Shown: piece after piece, positions 51,591-62,496 of the stretch
Numbering within the stretch: the first letter of the stretch is position 1
How the letters are laid out: every line of letters begins with the position of its first letter
NCBI RefSeq assembly: GCF_003097315.1
Contig: NZ_QDDL01000010.1
Location: 41,969 to 105,968, forward strand
Direction: 5' to 3'
DNA from: Pelagibaculum spongiae
GTDB taxonomy: Bacteria; Pseudomonadota; Gammaproteobacteria; Enterobacterales; Pelagibaculaceae
Length of the DNA: 64,000 nucleotides
Translations under genes and position numbers: made by a program
The notes under the pieces: generated by a model
Database searches by the model: none
What the model was told of the DNA's origin: nothing
What the model saw: the letters and a program-made list of their open reading frames with translations, nothing else

Positions 51591-53540
51591 ATGACTGACA
51601 AAACGCCAGCACAGCAAGACCTACAAGATAAACTCGGCCATTTGGAGGCTAGCGAGCGCTGGCACCAACATGCCTGGGATTTACTGTCACGTGTTGGCCA
51701 TGGTTTTCAACGAATCAGCCATGATGCAAAGCCAGAAGATCTGTTTTTAACAGCTTGCGGTTTTTTATACGAGCTAGCCGATTTTTCTGGCTTGGCTTTT
51801 TTCGGCCTTGAAGAAGGGCAAGCTGATTTTCAATTAACTTACTGCGAGCCTGCATCACGCCAAGTGATATTTGAACGCTGTGGCGACATGTTAATTGAGT
51901 CGGGCGATTTTGCATGGGCTCTGAAAATGGATGAGCCTTTTATTGCTAAAGAATTACAAGGTCGCCGACTGCTGTTACATGCAATTCGATCCGGTAAAAA
52001 TACCCATGGTTTGTTAATCGCCCTGCTACCTCCCGGCCAAGCTTTCGGTAAAAACAGCCGTCGCTTGCTGACATTAATTATGCAAAGTTGCAGCCATGCT
52101 CTGGAAATTAACCAACGCTACCAGCTAATCAAACAGCAAAATCGTCGACTGGAACAGATGATCGCCAGTCGAAACCTACAGCTGGAATATCAAAGTTCAC
52201 ACGATACATTAACCCGCCTACCTAACCGGGAACGGTTCATCGATCGCATTCGTGAAGCACTGGAAAGAATTTCTGTTTCTGGCGGGCAAACTGCGATTAT
52301 TCTGATCGGACTGGATTTCTTTAAACGAATTAATGAAAACCTTGGCCACAGTATTGGCGATCAGCTACTGAGGCAAATTGCTTCTCGTTTAAATACCCAT
52401 GCCCGTGAATATGGCAACCAGTTCGCCAAAGAAGTCGACAACACAGTATTAGTGGGTCATTTTGGCGGCGATGAATTTGCGGTACTGCTTGATCACCTAC
52501 CGCACCTTGATCAAGTTAATGCGCTTCTTGAAAGATTAGAACGCGCCTTCAGCAAACCATTTTTTGTTGGCAACCACGAAATTATTCAGTCATTCAGTTC
52601 TGGCATTAGCTACGCACCAGATCAGACTCGCGATGCCGCTCAATTACTTAAATTTGCCGATGTCGCGCTTTATCAAGCTAAGGAGCAAGGTCGTCGTCGT
52701 GCGGTGGTTTATGACGATGGTATGCAATCACACCCACTAGACACTTTAACCTTGTCTAACAAGCTGGCAACTGCCCTCAACCGGCAACAGTTTGAGTTGT
52801 ATTACCAGCCGCAAGTTAATGCTAACACTGGGCAAATAATCGGGCTGGAAGCGCTACTGCGTTGGCAGGATAGTCAAGGTCATTTTATTCCGCCTAGTCA
52901 TTTTATTCCGCTGGCAGAACAATATGGTCATATCACCACCATTGGTGATTGGGTAATCAGCGAGGCTTGCCGCCAGATTCGTTTATTGATGGACACTGGC
53001 TATAGAATTTCGGTGTCAGTCAATATCGCGAGCCAGCAGTTTAATCGCAGTAATTTTGCCGATATTGTGATCAATGCAGTGCGTGAATTCGATGTGCCAG
53101 CAGAGCTACTGGAGCTGGAATTAACCGAACGCATTGTGATGGCCAACGTCGAAGAATCAATCGACACCCTAAACACGTTGCATGACTATGGCTTTAAAAT
53201 TGCCATTGACGATTTCGGTACCGGTTATTCATCGCTTAGCTATTTAAAACGCTTCCCAATTGACCAGCTAAAAATCGATAAGTCATTTGTCGATGACCTG
53301 ATTAGTTGTGATGACGATGCGGCAATCGTTACCGCTATTGTCGCCATGGCAAACAAGCTGCACATAGATACCATTGCTGAAGGTGTTGAAACGCTAGACC
53401 AAGTAAATTTCCTCGAAGCACTCGGCTGCAACCTGATTCAAGGTTATTATTTTAGTCGTCCGTTGTCACAACCTGAATTACAAAAATATCTCAAAAAATC
53501 AGTCAATAAAGATCTGAAAGTCAGTATTCCTTCTGCGTAA
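51591..53540 (+). CDS. GGDEF/EAL-domain c-di-GMP turnover protein with N-terminal sensor (GAF-like) region
   Basis: GGDEF motif (HFGGDEFAVLL) and EAL motif (EALLRW), with a DDFGTGYSSLSYL loop. Confidence 0.9.
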   Translation: MTDKTPAQQDLQDKLGHLEASERWHQHAWDLLSRVGHGFQRISHDAKPEDLFLTACGFLYELADFSGLAFFGLEEGQADFQLTYCEPASRQVIFERCGDMLIESGDFAWALKMDEPFIAKELQGRRLLLHAIRSGKNTHGLLIALLPPGQAFGKNSRRLLTLIMQSCSHALEINQRYQLIKQQNRRLEQMIASRNLQLEYQSSHDTLTRLPNRERFIDRIREALERISVSGGQTAIILIGLDFFKRINENLGHSIGDQLLRQIASRLNTHAREYGNQFAKEVDNTVLVGHFGGDEFAVLLDHLPHLDQVNALLERLERAFSKPFFVGNHEIIQSFSSGISYAPDQTRDAAQLLKFADVALYQAKEQGRRRAVVYDDGMQSHPLDTLTLSNKLATALNRQQFELYYQPQVNANTGQIIGLEALLRWQDSQGHFIPPSHFIPLAEQYGHITTIGDWVISEACRQIRLLMDTGYRISVSVNIASQQFNRSNFADIVINAVREFDVPAELLELELTERIVMANVEESIDTLNTLHDYGFKIAIDDFGTGYSSLSYLKRFPIDQLKIDKSFVDDLISCDDDAAIVTAIVAMANKLHIDTIAEGVETLDQVNFLEALGCNLIQGYYFSRPLSQPELQKYLKKSVNKDLKVSIPSA

Positions 53541-53713
53541 TTATCCAACACAGACAACATTTTTTGAAACACCTCCTTAGCGCTTAAATTCAGTTCGATT
53601 AGCATTCTATTTGTGCTACCTCCAAGCGATCAATCATGCGCTCCTACTTGTCAAAACCATTATAAAGCCGTAACTTTCGGCAACAGGTAAACCAAAAAAC
53701 ATAAAAAATTACC

Positions 53714-54652
53714 ATGAATGCAGTCCATCAGAAGTCCGTCAGCATCGCCTTTTCCGACCAGCAAACTCTGCATATGCGGCATATCTATGTCGATGATAAC
53801 AATCACAAAAAGCCAGTGGTTTTTATGTTGCATGGTGCTGTCGAGAACGGAAAAATATTCTATACCAAATCCAACAAAGGCCTCGGTCCTTGGTTAGCTC
53901 GGCAAGGTTTTCAGGTTTATATTGCCGACCTTCGAGGACGGGGTGATAGCTTACCTGCGATTAATTCCAAAAGTAGTTACGGCCAAACAGAGGCAATCAT
54001 TGAAGACATTCCAGCTTTTCTGGCCGAAATAGAACAGCGCCATCCGGGTTTGCCACAATATTGGATTGGTCATAGCTGGGGCGGTGTATTACTAAACTGC
54101 TTTCTCGCTCGCAACCCAGATCACATATCCAAAATTAAAGCTTGTGCCTATTTTGGCGTGAAACGCAGCATATTTAACTGGCACCCTAAACGGTACATCG
54201 TTGCAAATTTAATGTGGAATCGGGTGCTACCGAAAATGGCACGTAAACACGGTTACTTACCCGCCAGAAAGCTCAAGGTAGGTTCTGACGATGAGACATT
54301 GAAGTCGTTGCAGCAGAGCGTGCAATGGGTCAAACAAAATCCATGGGTAGATTCTGACGATGGTTTTGATTACGCCGCTGCATTAATCAACACCGCCTTG
54401 CCGCCAACACTGCATATTGCCGGCACTAAAGATGTTGCGATTGCCAGACCAAGAGATATTCGACGCTTTATTAAAGAGTCGGGTAAAGGGAAAACTGAGT
54501 TAAAGCTCTACGGAAAAAAGTTCGGCCATGGACAAGATTATGACCACATCAATATGCTAACGCACCCGGCAGCTCAGAATGACCAATTTGCTGATTTGCT
54601 TCGCTGGTTTAAGCAATTTGGCGAAAGCAGCTCATTAAAGAAAGCGATATAA
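53714..54652 (+). CDS. alpha/beta-fold hydrolase
   Basis: Nucleophile elbow GHSWGG. HG oxyanion motif (MLHGAVENG). Confidence 0.7.
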   Translation: MNAVHQKSVSIAFSDQQTLHMRHIYVDDNNHKKPVVFMLHGAVENGKIFYTKSNKGLGPWLARQGFQVYIADLRGRGDSLPAINSKSSYGQTEAIIEDIPAFLAEIEQRHPGLPQYWIGHSWGGVLLNCFLARNPDHISKIKACAYFGVKRSIFNWHPKRYIVANLMWNRVLPKMARKHGYLPARKLKVGSDDETLKSLQQSVQWVKQNPWVDSDDGFDYAAALINTALPPTLHIAGTKDVAIARPRDIRRFIKESGKGKTELKLYGKKFGHGQDYDHINMLTHPAAQNDQFADLLRWFKQFGESSSLKKAI

Positions 54653-54782
54653 CACCTTAAATAATACAACAGACAAATCGAGCACCGCATCTTGCCTCCT
54701 TGCGGCATGCATTACGTCCATATAAATAAACCATAACGCATTCCTGCCTTATGGTTTTTTATATTCTGCTTGGATATAAAAG

Positions 54783-55184
54783 CTAGCGAGACAATTGCTC
54801 AAGCTGCTTTGGTGAACAGACATTAATTGGTTTTGCGCTCTTTTCACACAAGGCCACTACTTCGTGCAAACCACCCAAATTACGAATATCAGTAAAACCC
54901 ATCGCTTCTAGTTGCTGCTTTGCAACCGATGCCCTGCGGCCACTTCTGCAATACATCAGTACTGGCTGATTCTTGTCTTCAACCATCGACATTAACTGCT
55001 GTGGCACCAGTCGATAATCTAAATTGACCGCTTTTGGGTAATTGCTCTGGGAAAACTCCCCTGGCGTTCTGACATCGAGTAGTAAAACCTGTTTATTGGT
55101 ATCACTGGCAGATGCAGAATGGCTAAATAGAATTGGCATTAATGATATGGCTAACACCGCCATTATGCGTTTGAACTTAAACAA
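54783..55184 (-). CDS. periplasmic rhodanese-domain sulfurtransferase
   Basis: Signal peptide. Rhodanese active-site loop CRSGRRA. Confidence 0.8.
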   Translation of the reverse strand: MFKFKRIMAVLAISLMPILFSHSASASDTNKQVLLLDVRTPGEFSQSNYPKAVNLDYRLVPQQLMSMVEDKNQPVLMYCRSGRRASVAKQQLEAMGFTDIRNLGGLHEVVALCEKSAKPINVCSPKQLEQLSR

Positions 55185-55199
55185 AGTTATCTCCTTTTT

Positions 55200-56378
55200 C
55201 TAAAGCCGTGTACCGGGAAACTGATTCATGAATTTTCGATCGATATAATCTTTCCAATACCAAACCCAGCGCCCCTGCAAAGCAAGGTTACGCCAACTGG
55301 CAATCGCATAACGATCACCACAGGATAACAGGCTTAAAAAGTGTTGTTGCGCCTGATAGCTCTCCAATTTAACCGATAATTCAACCGCCAACTCTGACTC
55401 GCTATTATTTAGCGAAACATCACTTCCAGCAACCGCCATTTGCTTGAGATTTTCAGTCAATATCGGTGCCTGACGAACCGCATAAACACCTGCTTTAGGC
55501 GGTGATATCGGGTAGATACTGGCGATATCACCCGCAGCAAATACTTTGGGATGAGAAGTAGATTGAAGATGTTGGTTCACTTGAACAAAGCCGCGTTCAC
55601 AGGTATCCAATTCGCTATCGGTTGCCCAAGATGGTGCTTTAGCACCGGTACACACCACAGAAAAATCGACCAGTTCTGATCGCCCATCTTCAGCAATCAG
55701 CTTATCTGGCTCAGCTTGTTTAAGTGCAAAACCACTCACCTGGTGAATATGTCGCTGACGCAGTAATTTCGCCATACGCGATTGAACTGCCGAGCAGTGA
55801 CCTGCCAATACGTTACTCGAACGATAAATTAAGCAATATTCAAATTCTCGCCCTGGCCAACGCTGGGAAAGCTCATATTGCAAAGCCAGTAACGTTTCTA
55901 TCCCGCCAGCACCGGAGCCAATCACTGCAATCTTGGCTTTCCATTGCGGCTGTTGTTTTAACTTCTCTAAAAATGTTTGCCAGCATTCAAGGAATTTTTC
56001 AACCGGCTTAATACTGACCAAATTATTCGATTCGTTTTGATAAAACCATTTGGGTAGCGGCGGCGTTGACCCGGTATCCAGCGACAATAAATCCCAGTCG
56101 AGCTGCTGACCGTTATCTAGTGTTAATTGCTGATTTTGGCAATCGATGGCGCTCATTCGCTGCTCGATAAATTCAAACTGGTATTTGTCAGCCAGTTTTT
56201 TTAAATCGATATGGGCTTGGGCAAATTGATAATGTCCAGCTAACAGACCTGGCAGCATACCAGAATAGGGAGTAGATCTCGGTGCAGAAACCAGAGTGAT
56301 CTGGCTAAATTTACCGGTGGCTAATTGTCTGGCAGCCAATGCATGAGCATGTCCACCACCGACCAATACCAGCTTCAT
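55200..56378 (-). CDS. FAD-dependent pyridine-nucleotide-disulfide oxidoreductase-family protein (SQR/NDH-2-like)
   Basis: N-terminal KLVLVGGGHAHA dinucleotide fold and a second GSGAGG. Co-oriented with the rhodanese gene. Confidence 0.6.
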   Translation of the reverse strand: MKLVLVGGGHAHALAARQLATGKFSQITLVSAPRSTPYSGMLPGLLAGHYQFAQAHIDLKKLADKYQFEFIEQRMSAIDCQNQQLTLDNGQQLDWDLLSLDTGSTPPLPKWFYQNESNNLVSIKPVEKFLECWQTFLEKLKQQPQWKAKIAVIGSGAGGIETLLALQYELSQRWPGREFEYCLIYRSSNVLAGHCSAVQSRMAKLLRQRHIHQVSGFALKQAEPDKLIAEDGRSELVDFSVVCTGAKAPSWATDSELDTCERGFVQVNQHLQSTSHPKVFAAGDIASIYPISPPKAGVYAVRQAPILTENLKQMAVAGSDVSLNNSESELAVELSVKLESYQAQQHFLSLLSCGDRYAIASWRNLALQGRWVWYWKDYIDRKFMNQFPGTRL

Positions 56379-56879
56379 TGTTATTTTTCCTCACACATTA
56401 TATTTGCCATCTGCTCGATCTAGCTGCTTCAAGCCTGATGCCAATCAGCCTCTTTCAATAAACATGCCCCTTCTCAAGGTTGCTGTCCATTCAACTTTGG
56501 TCGTTTGGTAAAATATAATGATTGGAGTGTCTTTCAATTAGTGAATTCAAGTATAAATACGCTAACTCAAGCGAACATAATAAAATAGATAGATTTTAAA
56601 GTTTAGAAATCAATAAAAACCAGACTTAACGAAATACTATTTTCATGAAAATCAGAACTTGATGAAACATCTTATTTACTCCGGTTTTATGTGCGCAAGA
56701 TCACTCTGAATATTGATCAAAAATTTCTTCGCAAATCTGTTAACGGCATGACAATTCAAACCTTTAGCTTAAACACCATATTTCACTGACATATGAATCA
56801 ATAAAATGACTTTAATCATCCAGATATCAAATTACTGCCTATATGATCTGCCTCCCGAAGCCTCCAGATTTTCTAAGCC

Positions 56880-58964
56880 ATGAGTTCAATTAAAACAAAG
56901 ATCACCTTAATGGCAGTCGCCGGTACGCTTTTAGCCACGGTCGGACTGACACTATTTGCCAATCAACAAAGCAGCCAATTAACTAGCGATCTATCTGCAG
57001 CATCCTATGAGCTATTAATAGATTCTGCTAAAGAAGCGCTGTCATTGGAGCTGGTTGAACTTGCCCAGCAGACTCAAGTGCCTTTTGTTACTGCGATCAA
57101 ATCATCGCGTGACTTAGCAGGCTACTTGGCAATGACTCGGGAAAATATGCAGCCAGGCGAAGACCGTCGGACAGAAATTCAACAGCAAGTTAAGCAAATG
57201 CTGGCGAACAACCCTGAGTTATTCGGTACCTATACAGGCTGGGAAGCTGGTGCACTAGATGATTATGATGGGCTTTACGCTAACCAAGGTGCGGAAAAAG
57301 GGTATGACGCTAGCGGCAGATTCATTCCACTCTGGGTGAAAGACAATGGCAATTACGCACTAAGCATTCTGGAAAGCTATGAGGATCAAGGTATTAATAG
57401 TCAAACCAGCCAGCGTAATGGTGAATTCTATCTATGCCCTAAAGATAGCAAGCGCAGCTGTGTGGTTAACCCATCCAGTTGGACCATTATGGGCAAGCAA
57501 ACCTTACTAACATCTATCACCAGCCCAATTATTAGCCAAGGTAAATTCTTAGGTATTACCGGCGCTGATATTTCTTTAGATTTCTTGGGTAGTTTAGCGA
57601 CCAATGTAGCTAAAGATCTTTATGATGGTTCGGGCTCAGTTGTTATCGTCAGTAATAATGGTGTTATTGCTGGCGACCGAAAAAGCCAAAATATCGGCAA
57701 ACGTTTTAGTCAGAGTTATTCAAATATTTCCCTGAATAAATTAGGCGTGTTTTTCGACCAAGACACTTTTACCGCAGTTGGAAATATCGATCTTGGTTAT
57801 CAGCTTCAGCCATGGAAAGTGGTTATCACCATTCCATCACAAGCAATATTGGGCAAACTACAACTGTTAGAGAAAGAAGTAGCAGAAGATCTCAGCGCAG
57901 CAAAATATCAAATGATGATGATGTCGCTATTCATTATTGCCGCCTCTGCGGTCGTGCTTTGGTTGGTATCTGCCAAAATTGCAGCGCCTTTAATTGCTAC
58001 CGCAAAAATTCTTGATCGGGTAGCTAATGGTGATTTAACACCTCGAGTACCGGTTAGTAGTGAAGATGAAGTGGGTCAACTTGCTAAATCTTGCAACCGA
58101 TTATTAGATAACACTCAGCCTTTAATCCGCCAAGTTAAGCAATCTAGTAGTCATGTCACTATTCAAGCTGATGAATCTTCTGTCATCGCCAGCCAAACTA
58201 GTGCTGGTGTCCGCCAACAACAACAAATGGTTGATCAGTTAGCTGCCGCAGCTAATGAAATGTCGGCAACCGCACATAGCGTGGCGCAAAATGCCAGCCA
58301 AACTTCACAGGCAACGGCCGATACCCAAAGTCTGGCGGTCAACAATGCCCAACAGCTAGAAACCACCACCCAATCGATTGAAGCTTTGGCAGAAGAATTT
58401 CGAACCACTTCTGATGTCATTCAATTGCTTGAGCAAGACAGCCGCAATATCCATTCTATTCTTGATGTGATTCGAGGCATTGCCGAACAAACCAATTTAT
58501 TAGCACTAAATGCTGCGATTGAAGCCGCGCGTGCCGGTGAGCAAGGTCGTGGTTTTGCAGTGGTAGCTGATGAAGTGCGTAGCTTAGCGAACAGAACTCA
58601 AGAGTCTATTTCAGAAATCCAGTCAATGATTGAGCAGATAAAACAACGCTCAAATCAGGCAGTAACTGCGATGGAACAAGGCTGTAGCCGTGCGGTAGAA
58701 AGTGTTGACCATGCTAATAGCGCTAAAGCTGCATTAGCAGAAATGCTGCTTTCAATTGAAAAACTGAATGATTTGAATACTCAGGTTGCCAGTGCCGCAG
58801 AAGAACAAAGTAGTGTTGCTGAAGAAATGAGTCGCAATCTGACGCCAATTGTCGATGCCGCTAACGAAGCTGCTGACGGTTCAGAGAAAGTCATTGTTTC
58901 TAGCAGTGAATTAAAAGCGCTGGCTGAACAATTAACCAAACTGGTTGATAGATTTGTTGTCTAG
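56880..58964 (+). CDS. methyl-accepting chemotaxis protein with periplasmic double-Cache sensor
   Basis: TM, dCache-like periplasmic region, second TM, HAMP, and the MCP signalling domain ([28 protein letters not shown]). Confidence 0.9.
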   Translation: MSSIKTKITLMAVAGTLLATVGLTLFANQQSSQLTSDLSAASYELLIDSAKEALSLELVELAQQTQVPFVTAIKSSRDLAGYLAMTRENMQPGEDRRTEIQQQVKQMLANNPELFGTYTGWEAGALDDYDGLYANQGAEKGYDASGRFIPLWVKDNGNYALSILESYEDQGINSQTSQRNGEFYLCPKDSKRSCVVNPSSWTIMGKQTLLTSITSPIISQGKFLGITGADISLDFLGSLATNVAKDLYDGSGSVVIVSNNGVIAGDRKSQNIGKRFSQSYSNISLNKLGVFFDQDTFTAVGNIDLGYQLQPWKVVITIPSQAILGKLQLLEKEVAEDLSAAKYQMMMMSLFIIAASAVVLWLVSAKIAAPLIATAKILDRVANGDLTPRVPVSSEDEVGQLAKSCNRLLDNTQPLIRQVKQSSSHVTIQADESSVIASQTSAGVRQQQQMVDQLAAAANEMSATAHSVAQNASQTSQATADTQSLAVNNAQQLETTTQSIEALAEEFRTTSDVIQLLEQDSRNIHSILDVIRGIAEQTNLLALNAAIEAARAGEQGRGFAVVADEVRSLANRTQESISEIQSMIEQIKQRSNQAVTAMEQGCSRAVESVDHANSAKAALAEMLLSIEKLNDLNTQVASAAEEQSSVAEEMSRNLTPIVDAANEAADGSEKVIVSSSELKALAEQLTKLVDRFVV

Positions 58965-59007
58965 CTTAACCTGAGTTAAAAATCTTGGTTGGACTCGAAA
59001 AAAATCC

Positions 59008-59042
59008 CCGCTGCATTAAATAATGCAACGGGGATTTTTTTA
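59008..59042 (+). terminator. rho-independent terminator after the MCP gene
   Basis: aaaaatccccgctgcatt AAAT aatgcaacggggattttttt. Confidence 0.7.
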
Positions 59043-59331
59043 ATAATTCATGGGTTAGGGGCTAATAAATTTAACATTTCCCCGGACATTGTAGATTGAT
59101 GAACACTAGCGAAATCGGACATCTAGCGATGTGTTCCAAAAGTGTCTGATTGTGCTGAAAGTTTATAAAATCTACGCGTAACATAAAGTTCTGCGCTTCG
59201 ATGAACAAGGTATTTATTATATTCAAGACCCTTATACCGCTAACCTTTAGATCCATTGGAAAAGCTGGCTAATAAGTTTTTCAAATACTTTCGCAACGAT
59301 TAAAAGCTCTCGAGAGCTTTTATCAACAAAG

Positions 59332-59964
59332 TTAATTAAATGTTTTTTCCAAAATATCAGTCAATTGTTGTAACTGGGTACGCGGATCTTCTTCGTTTAA
59401 CAATGACTGTTTTTGATCATCAGAAAGCGGTAATACTTCAGCCACTCGAAATACCATCCAACAAGCATCATCACACTCTTGTGGTATTTCCATATTTTTC
59501 TGCAACAAAGCTTGCTGCAATAATTCAGTCAAACCTTCAAAGCCTTCTGGAATAGGCATTTTTGGGGCTTCAATCCATTCAACATCTGCTCGAATTTGTA
59601 AGTCTTCCTTTCTAGCCCAGTTTTTAATAATTTTAAAGCGACGACCGCCGACCACGGAAATACCTAAAAAGCCATTTGGCAAACTGTCCCAATTAAAAAT
59701 TCTGGCACTACAACCTATCTGATGGACACTTGCTGGTGCGCCGGTTTCTTCACCGCTATCAATGAACACCACACCAAACTCACGGTCTTCACGCAAACAT
59801 TCACTTACTAGACTCAGATACCTCGGCTCAAATACTTGCAGCTCTAGCTGGCCACCAGGAAATAGAATACTTCGCAGGGGGAATAACGGCATGTCCAGCA
59901 CTTGCGTTTTATCTTTCGATTGCTTTTGATCAGGCTTCTGCTGTGCCATAACACAGGGTCTCAC
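59332..59964 (-). CDS. LON substrate-binding (Lon N-terminal) domain protein
   Basis: MPLFPLRSILFPGGQLELQVFEPRY is the Lon-N signature. Start uncertain (internal ATG). Confidence 0.75.
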   Translation of the reverse strand: MRPCVMAQQKPDQKQSKDKTQVLDMPLFPLRSILFPGGQLELQVFEPRYLSLVSECLREDREFGVVFIDSGEETGAPASVHQIGCSARIFNWDSLPNGFLGISVVGGRRFKIIKNWARKEDLQIRADVEWIEAPKMPIPEGFEGLTELLQQALLQKNMEIPQECDDACWMVFRVAEVLPLSDDQKQSLLNEEDPRTQLQQLTDILEKTFN

Positions 59965-60222
59965 TTTCTATCTTTGATAGTTGATTATTGGCACTGAAAG
60001 GAAAGTCTGCCAGTTGCAGTAATCGATTTTGAAGATTCTTTACGCGGGCTCATTGAATAATCAATCCGATATTTGTCGCATAGTAAGTTGTGTGTAGTAC
60101 TGAGCTTCAAGCGAGCCACATCCATTGATGGAGTTGTGGCTCAGCTTAAAATGGAGAACAGCAGCGAAAGCTACCGTTAAAAATCAATTTATTAGAGAGG
60201 CTTACTTTAATACCAAGCTTTA

Positions 60223-60867
60223 TTATTTGCCCCAACGCTCAGTTAATTGGTGGGGCACTTGTAGATGATCAAGAATTCGTGCAACGACAAAATCTATTAA
60301 ATCATCAATGGTTTTCGGCTGATGATAAAAACCAGGGGCTGCAGGAATAATCACCGCACCCATTCGCGTTAATTTAAGCATGTTTTCTAGGTGGATTTCT
60401 GAAAACGGTGCTTCCCGCGGTACGATAATTAGCTGCTTTCTTTCCTTAAGCATTACATCGGCAGCACGTTCAATAAGATTATTACTAGCGCCGGTTGCAA
60501 AGGCTGACAAACTACCGGTTGAGCAAGGACAAACTACCATGGCTCTTGGCGCATTAGAGCCACTGGCGACTCGTGAAGTCCATTGCTGCTTGCCATAAAG
60601 CTGCAGCAATTCTGGCTTAGCTTGGCTAGCTGGCATTTGCTGTGCTTGTTGCATTAACCAGCTGGCAAAATCTGCAGGCTTGGAAGGCGGCGCCGGATCG
60701 ACTTCGGTGGCAATAACTACTTTTGCTGCATCTGACATCATCAAATGCACTTCAATGCCTTTGCTTAGCAAGCATTGAATCAAGCGGATGGCATACTGGG
60801 CACCTGATGCTCCGGTAATCGCTACCGACACGGCATCAAGTGCTGAAAGGTGTTGTTGCTTGAGCAT
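60223..60867 (-). CDS. ubiX: flavin prenyltransferase UbiX
   Basis: VAITGASGAQYAIRLIQ, flavoprotein fold. Start trimmed to MLKQQH. Confidence 0.85.
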   Translation of the reverse strand: MLKQQHLSALDAVSVAITGASGAQYAIRLIQCLLSKGIEVHLMMSDAAKVVIATEVDPAPPSKPADFASWLMQQAQQMPASQAKPELLQLYGKQQWTSRVASGSNAPRAMVVCPCSTGSLSAFATGASNNLIERAADVMLKERKQLIIVPREAPFSEIHLENMLKLTRMGAVIIPAAPGFYHQPKTIDDLIDFVVARILDHLQVPHQLTERWGK

Positions 60868-61128
60868 GCGTGAAAAACAATCCATTTATGATTTGTGAGC
60901 TGCCCAGATTGTATACCCAAACCACTTCAAGATGCAGAATTCAGCTGGAATTTGAAACGTTTCTAAGCACAGGTTCATCGTTCCAGACTGAACCTAAGCA
61001 CTTACATCCATGTAGGCGAGGCATTGATTGAATACTAATGGCTAATGGCTATTCTCTTTTCAAAATCCCCCCTTATCAAAATCAAAGAGGAAGCATAAAA
61101 CGCTCTTAAACCAGCCTTCATGTTAATT

Positions 61129-61950
61129 TCATTGAAAAGCATGCGTCAAACCGCTGTTAGCAACAAATATCACGATATCAAAAAGTGGCCGAGTATGCCG
61201 TCGAGCTAATGTAGCTGCACCATCTGAAGATCGACTTAATTTAGCTTCTTGGAGACCCTCCATTACATCGGCTAATTCAGTAAAAGTAATTGCTTGACGT
61301 TTTATTTTGATTGAAATGTCACCCGTGGGTTCATCTGAAATAACTAGGTTGATTTTTTTAGTTTTATGAAAATATTTATAAAATCCATACCCTTTGACAC
61401 TAGCAAGAGCGACAATTCTTCCAGCGCCAACCACTGCATTAATAATTGGAGTAGCAGACACAGGCAAGTAATCAACCGTTCCTTTTGCTAGATAGCTTAA
61501 TGTGTTCTTTTCTTTTTTATATTCTGAAATGTTGACATAAATACCCGGAATGAGACTTTCTTTTTGAGCAGAAAACAATTTTTCATCCTCACCTTCAGTT
61601 GTTGTCACAACAACATCTGGCATTCTTGAAGATGCTGGGTTTCCGTGTTCATCTTTGCAATTACAGATAATGACATCTGCTGTACGCTTCATTAGAGCGA
61701 TAATGTCATCGACTCGGCCATGAAACTTCATATCATATTCTATAGGTGTTTTAAGAACGGTAATGACTCTTCCAATGGAATCGTGCAAACAAACTCGTGA
61801 AACATTATATCCATCTGCACTATCTTTTTTATTTATTATTGGCATGATTCCTTTAAAGTGCCGGTGTGTCCCTGAAACTGTTTTCCATTCGTGAGCCGAT
61901 GCGGTCTTCTGATGATGAACAAACATTCTTCCAGACATATATTCCCCCAA
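61129..61950 (-). CDS. hypothetical protein in low-GC islet (weak PRTase-like motif)
   Basis: 273 aa. INLVISDEPTGDISI loosely resembles the PRPP-binding loop of type-I phosphoribosyltransferases. Gly-rich VVGAGRIVA. Flanked by ~500 bp of AT-rich non-coding DNA. Confidence 0.35.
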   Translation of the reverse strand: MGEYMSGRMFVHHQKTASAHEWKTVSGTHRHFKGIMPIINKKDSADGYNVSRVCLHDSIGRVITVLKTPIEYDMKFHGRVDDIIALMKRTADVIICNCKDEHGNPASSRMPDVVVTTTEGEDEKLFSAQKESLIPGIYVNISEYKKEKNTLSYLAKGTVDYLPVSATPIINAVVGAGRIVALASVKGYGFYKYFHKTKKINLVISDEPTGDISIKIKRQAITFTELADVMEGLQEAKLSRSSDGAATLARRHTRPLFDIVIFVANSGLTHAFQ

Positions 61951-62496
61951 AGTATCTTTTTCAATCAGATATTATTCATATTTTCTTTGAGGTTTTTTTA
62001 CTTGCCAGTGACAATCAAGTCAATACTGTAATTTCGTGATATTTTAATAATTTATATCACCTTAAACCCATGGCAAAAATCGCCTTACGCTTTTGAGGTT
62101 GATTGGCAAGCACTCGGGGGGTACATTAGTTTTTTCTGCCTTTAAAAAAACACAGTAATTCAACAAAACTTAATTATTGATGAAGCGCAGATTAATTACA
62201 CCAGAAGGTAATTCACTTTATATCAAGCACTTAATTTAACTATATGTCAGCATAATTTTTTTAACACTTGAAGCATTAAGCACTCAAGAATCGTCACAAA
62301 CAATAAAATATATGCTTTTTTTCAAAGGGCTACGTGTATCGTAAAGAAGGAAAGCTGAGAAGCAATACGTGAACCGCATCACAAAAAAAAGAGGATTATA
62401 AAGATAACGTGGTAAATGTTAGAAAAGTATGATTATAAAAAAAGGTAAAGAAGCGAGTGCTTGTTTACCTTAATCTAATAATAAACTGATGGTTTT

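Noticed and set aside
59296-59320. Perfect palindrome aaaagctctcgagagctttt as a terminator for the Lon-N gene
   Set aside because: On the minus strand it lies upstream of, not after, the gene's stop. More likely an operator or promoter-region palindrome, and the evidence is too thin to call.
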